The notes under the pieces: model-generated
The model's input: the letters and a program-made list of their open reading frames with translations, nothing else
Database searches by the model: none
Told to the model about the DNA's origin: nothing
Position numbers and translations under genes: made by a program
Part shown: one piece after another, positions 61,865-64,000 of the stretch
Numbering within the stretch: the stretch's first letter is position 1
Layout of the letters: the number at the start of each line of letters is the position of its first letter
Source: Piedraia hortae CBS 480.64
Taxonomy: Eukaryota
DNA: 64,000 nt
Reading direction: 5' to 3'
Assembly (NCBI GenBank): GCA_010093745.1
Contig: MU005991.1
Coordinates: 69,678-133,677 of the forward strand

Positions 61865-62099
61865 ATGGTCCGTTTATATCCGGCAGCCCATACTGAAGAA
61901 CCTTTCCGCCAGGTTTTAAGTCGGCGGGAAGGGTTTCGGGCTCTCATAGACGGACGAGGAGTTGTTCTGGTCTTCATTGGGGCGCTTCGGTCAGCGAATA
62001 AAGTCGTCGTCTTCGTCATCGCTGGCCTTCCCCTTGAGGAAACGGGAAATGTCGGAGTGATAATTCTCTAGGCTCGTGAGCCGGCTTTCCTCAATGTCA

Positions 62100-62560
62100 A
62101 GGCCCTTGGCAACGGTAGACTTGAGCAGAGGGCCTACTGGGCTTTCAGTTCCGGGTGCTTCTTGAAGATCTTGCCAATCATCGTGTTGGCGTCAGCAATA
62201 GTGAGTTCCTCACTCTGTAGTTGCTTGGTGGTGATGTGGAAAATACCCAGGTGGTTTTCCAGAAGCATCCGCAGCTCCTGGTGGGCAACTGGTTCCAAGA
62301 GCTTGGGCTGAGGTTTTCGTCCTAGTGGTCAAGAAGCGGTGCAAGCTCGAAATACCGCCTGAGCATCGAACGTTGAGGTCCAGCGGATCTCGTTCCTCGT
62401 TACAGGCCTGTAGGCGGTTGAGCGGCGCAGCTTGTCGGCCTGCATGGGCGTTTCAAGAACTTTGCAACGATGTCGGAAGCAAGCAGTCAATTTGCCTGTG
62501 TGGATGGCACCGATTTCGTAAGTTTGTTTAACCATTCCTATTTCTCTTCAGTGTTTGAGG
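62100..62560 (-). mobile_element. Decayed hAT-like transposase fragment
   Basis: KLRRSTAYRPVTRNEIRWTSTF (cf. TRWxS) then FHITTKQLQSEELTIADA...KKHPEL; frameshift and stops. Confidence 0.65.
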
Positions 62561-62859
62561 CATCTCTGACGCAAAACGGGCCAGCAATCTCTGCGACCTG
62601 ATTGAAGGCAGTCTGGGCAGTCTCTTCAGAACTACCACCCGTGAAGACGACATCTCTGCTTCGGTAAAGGACCGCTCTTAGGCCACAGTTTTCCTTTGGA
62701 ACAGCGGAAAGCTACTACGAGATCTTGGCGAATGCGGCCGGCTGTCCGCGGTGGCACAGCTTTGTCGGGGGGCCCCCAATCTGGCTGTGGTTCGGGCACA
62801 GACTTGGTCCCCTTCTCCTCTCAAGTCTCGGGTTCGAACCCGGGCGAGGACTAGACATT

Positions 62860-63420
62860 GCAAACGAACTGGGTGTCCAACTCTTACGAACGCCGGGAAC
62901 AGCATGATACCGTTATACTTGGCTTTCAGGCGAAGATCGCTAGGGAAAATTGAGCTGTACGTGTTCTCAGGATGACACCGCTCTACAGACCATGGCCCAT
63001 CGTAACCAGGATCGCTCTTGGTCTTGCGCTGTCTGGTTCGGAAGACCCAGTGTTTAGACATACAGAATACTGTGGCATACCCCTGCTCATTCCGATGCGG
63101 AATGTATGTCGGAGGGTGTGGTGTTTTTTTTTGTCGTTAGGGCCAGCAGTGGTTCATAATTCTCAAAGTGCAGAGCAGTTGCGACGAGCGGTGGAGTGTC
63201 TGAGGCGAAGCAGAAGGTTGAAACCCAGGGAATTTCAGTGCTCGATCCACTTCATGTAGGGGTCGGGCTAAGCCATGCTACTGGAACCTAAAGGATGTGG
63301 CACAACGTCAGTGTAGTGGAAGAGACTCGCCGTGCGGTAAGAAGGAGTGTTTGTGTTTCGGAAAATAGGAGAAAACGAAGGACAGTGGGTGGCCATTAGA
63401 AATGCGTTGTTGTAAAGTCA
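62860..63420 (-). mobile_element. Ty3/gypsy integrase C-terminal remnant
   Basis: WVFRTRQRKTKSDPGYDGPWSV...NTY (GPY/F-type motif). Confidence 0.65.
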
Positions 63421-63614
63421 ACTTGAGCGTGTCGTGCTCCACAACACTATTCCTGGACGGTCATTCACACCACTCATTATCCTCTCTTGTACGAATATGG
63501 AAGGTGGCGTGACTCATGACTCGGTCCAACATACACCTCTGCGAAAGCTCAATGATACCTGGTCTAAAGTGGGCTCGTAAGAGAAGACCTCTGTTCTACA
63601 TCGGGAAAAAAAAA

Positions 63615-63919
63615 TGTCGGAGGGGTGAACCTCTAAGGACTAGAGCGGAGTGGATGTCAACGACGAAAGTTTTCACTCAACTTTTACTGAAAAATGTGTA
63701 ATGTAGATCTCTATCTCTACGAGGTGAGGTTCAAAATCCCCCCCACACCACCTCAGTCTAACCGCATTCGCCAGGACAGCGTCAGCGAACCATGCCCTTA
63801 AGCATGAACAAGACAATGACCCGTCTCAGGGAGAACTTCCTCTATAGAGGTGAAAACCCAGAGAAGTTTCGACTTCTATCTATGGTTCTGGTCATGGTGG
63901 TTGCTACGTCCTTTTGACA
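63615..63919. mobile_element. Solo LTR (305 bp) with 5-bp TSD AAAAA
   Basis: TGTC...GACA termini; A5 on both sides; aligns with 59098-59401. Confidence 0.88.
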
Positions 63920-64000
63920 AAAAATCACCATGAGTCTGGTATATTAGCGTACACAGCCTTGTACCCATCTCGTTGCACACCCCCATCTCCAACACCGCTC

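Noticed and set aside
62780..62855. tRNA gene suggested by GGGTTCGAACCCGGG
   Set aside because: T-loop is one base short; no D arm, anticodon arm or acceptor stem can be formed
59098..63919. Full-length LTR retrotransposon bounded by the two LTR copies
   Set aside because: Each LTR has its own different TSD, and the interior is host-family genes plus unrelated remnants, not gag-pol

Overview
Eukaryotic DNA from a compact, intron-containing filamentous ascomycete genome (short GT-AG introns with CTRAC branch points; a Dothideomycete origin is my inference). Two dense blocks of conserved genes: about 4.7-17.3 kb (GH16 Crh-like, F-box protein, TRM10, GRIM-19, MRS3/4, tubulin cofactor C, GAL10, NDUFA11, SYS1) and about 37.7-55 kb (UBP2, tannase, a small 3-exon protein, ABC-F, spastin-family AAA ATPase, SLM5, TPR-SET, Zn-finger-like protein). 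Three accessory zones lie around them. (i) 0-4.5 kb: nested decayed retroelements. (ii) 17.4-37.6 kb: a MULE remnant, an intact NACHT-WD40 NLR, broken intron-retaining copies of CWC21, GAB1 and MSY1, a LINE 3' end and a CBM52-like secreted protein. (iii) 55.6-64 kb: a tandem array of a domain-shuffled gene family I do not recognise, one member ending in a LANA-like nucleosome-anchor motif, plus two solo LTRs with target-site duplications and hAT and gypsy remnants. I found no rRNA, tRNA or CRISPR. All family assignments come from motif recognition, not database searches.
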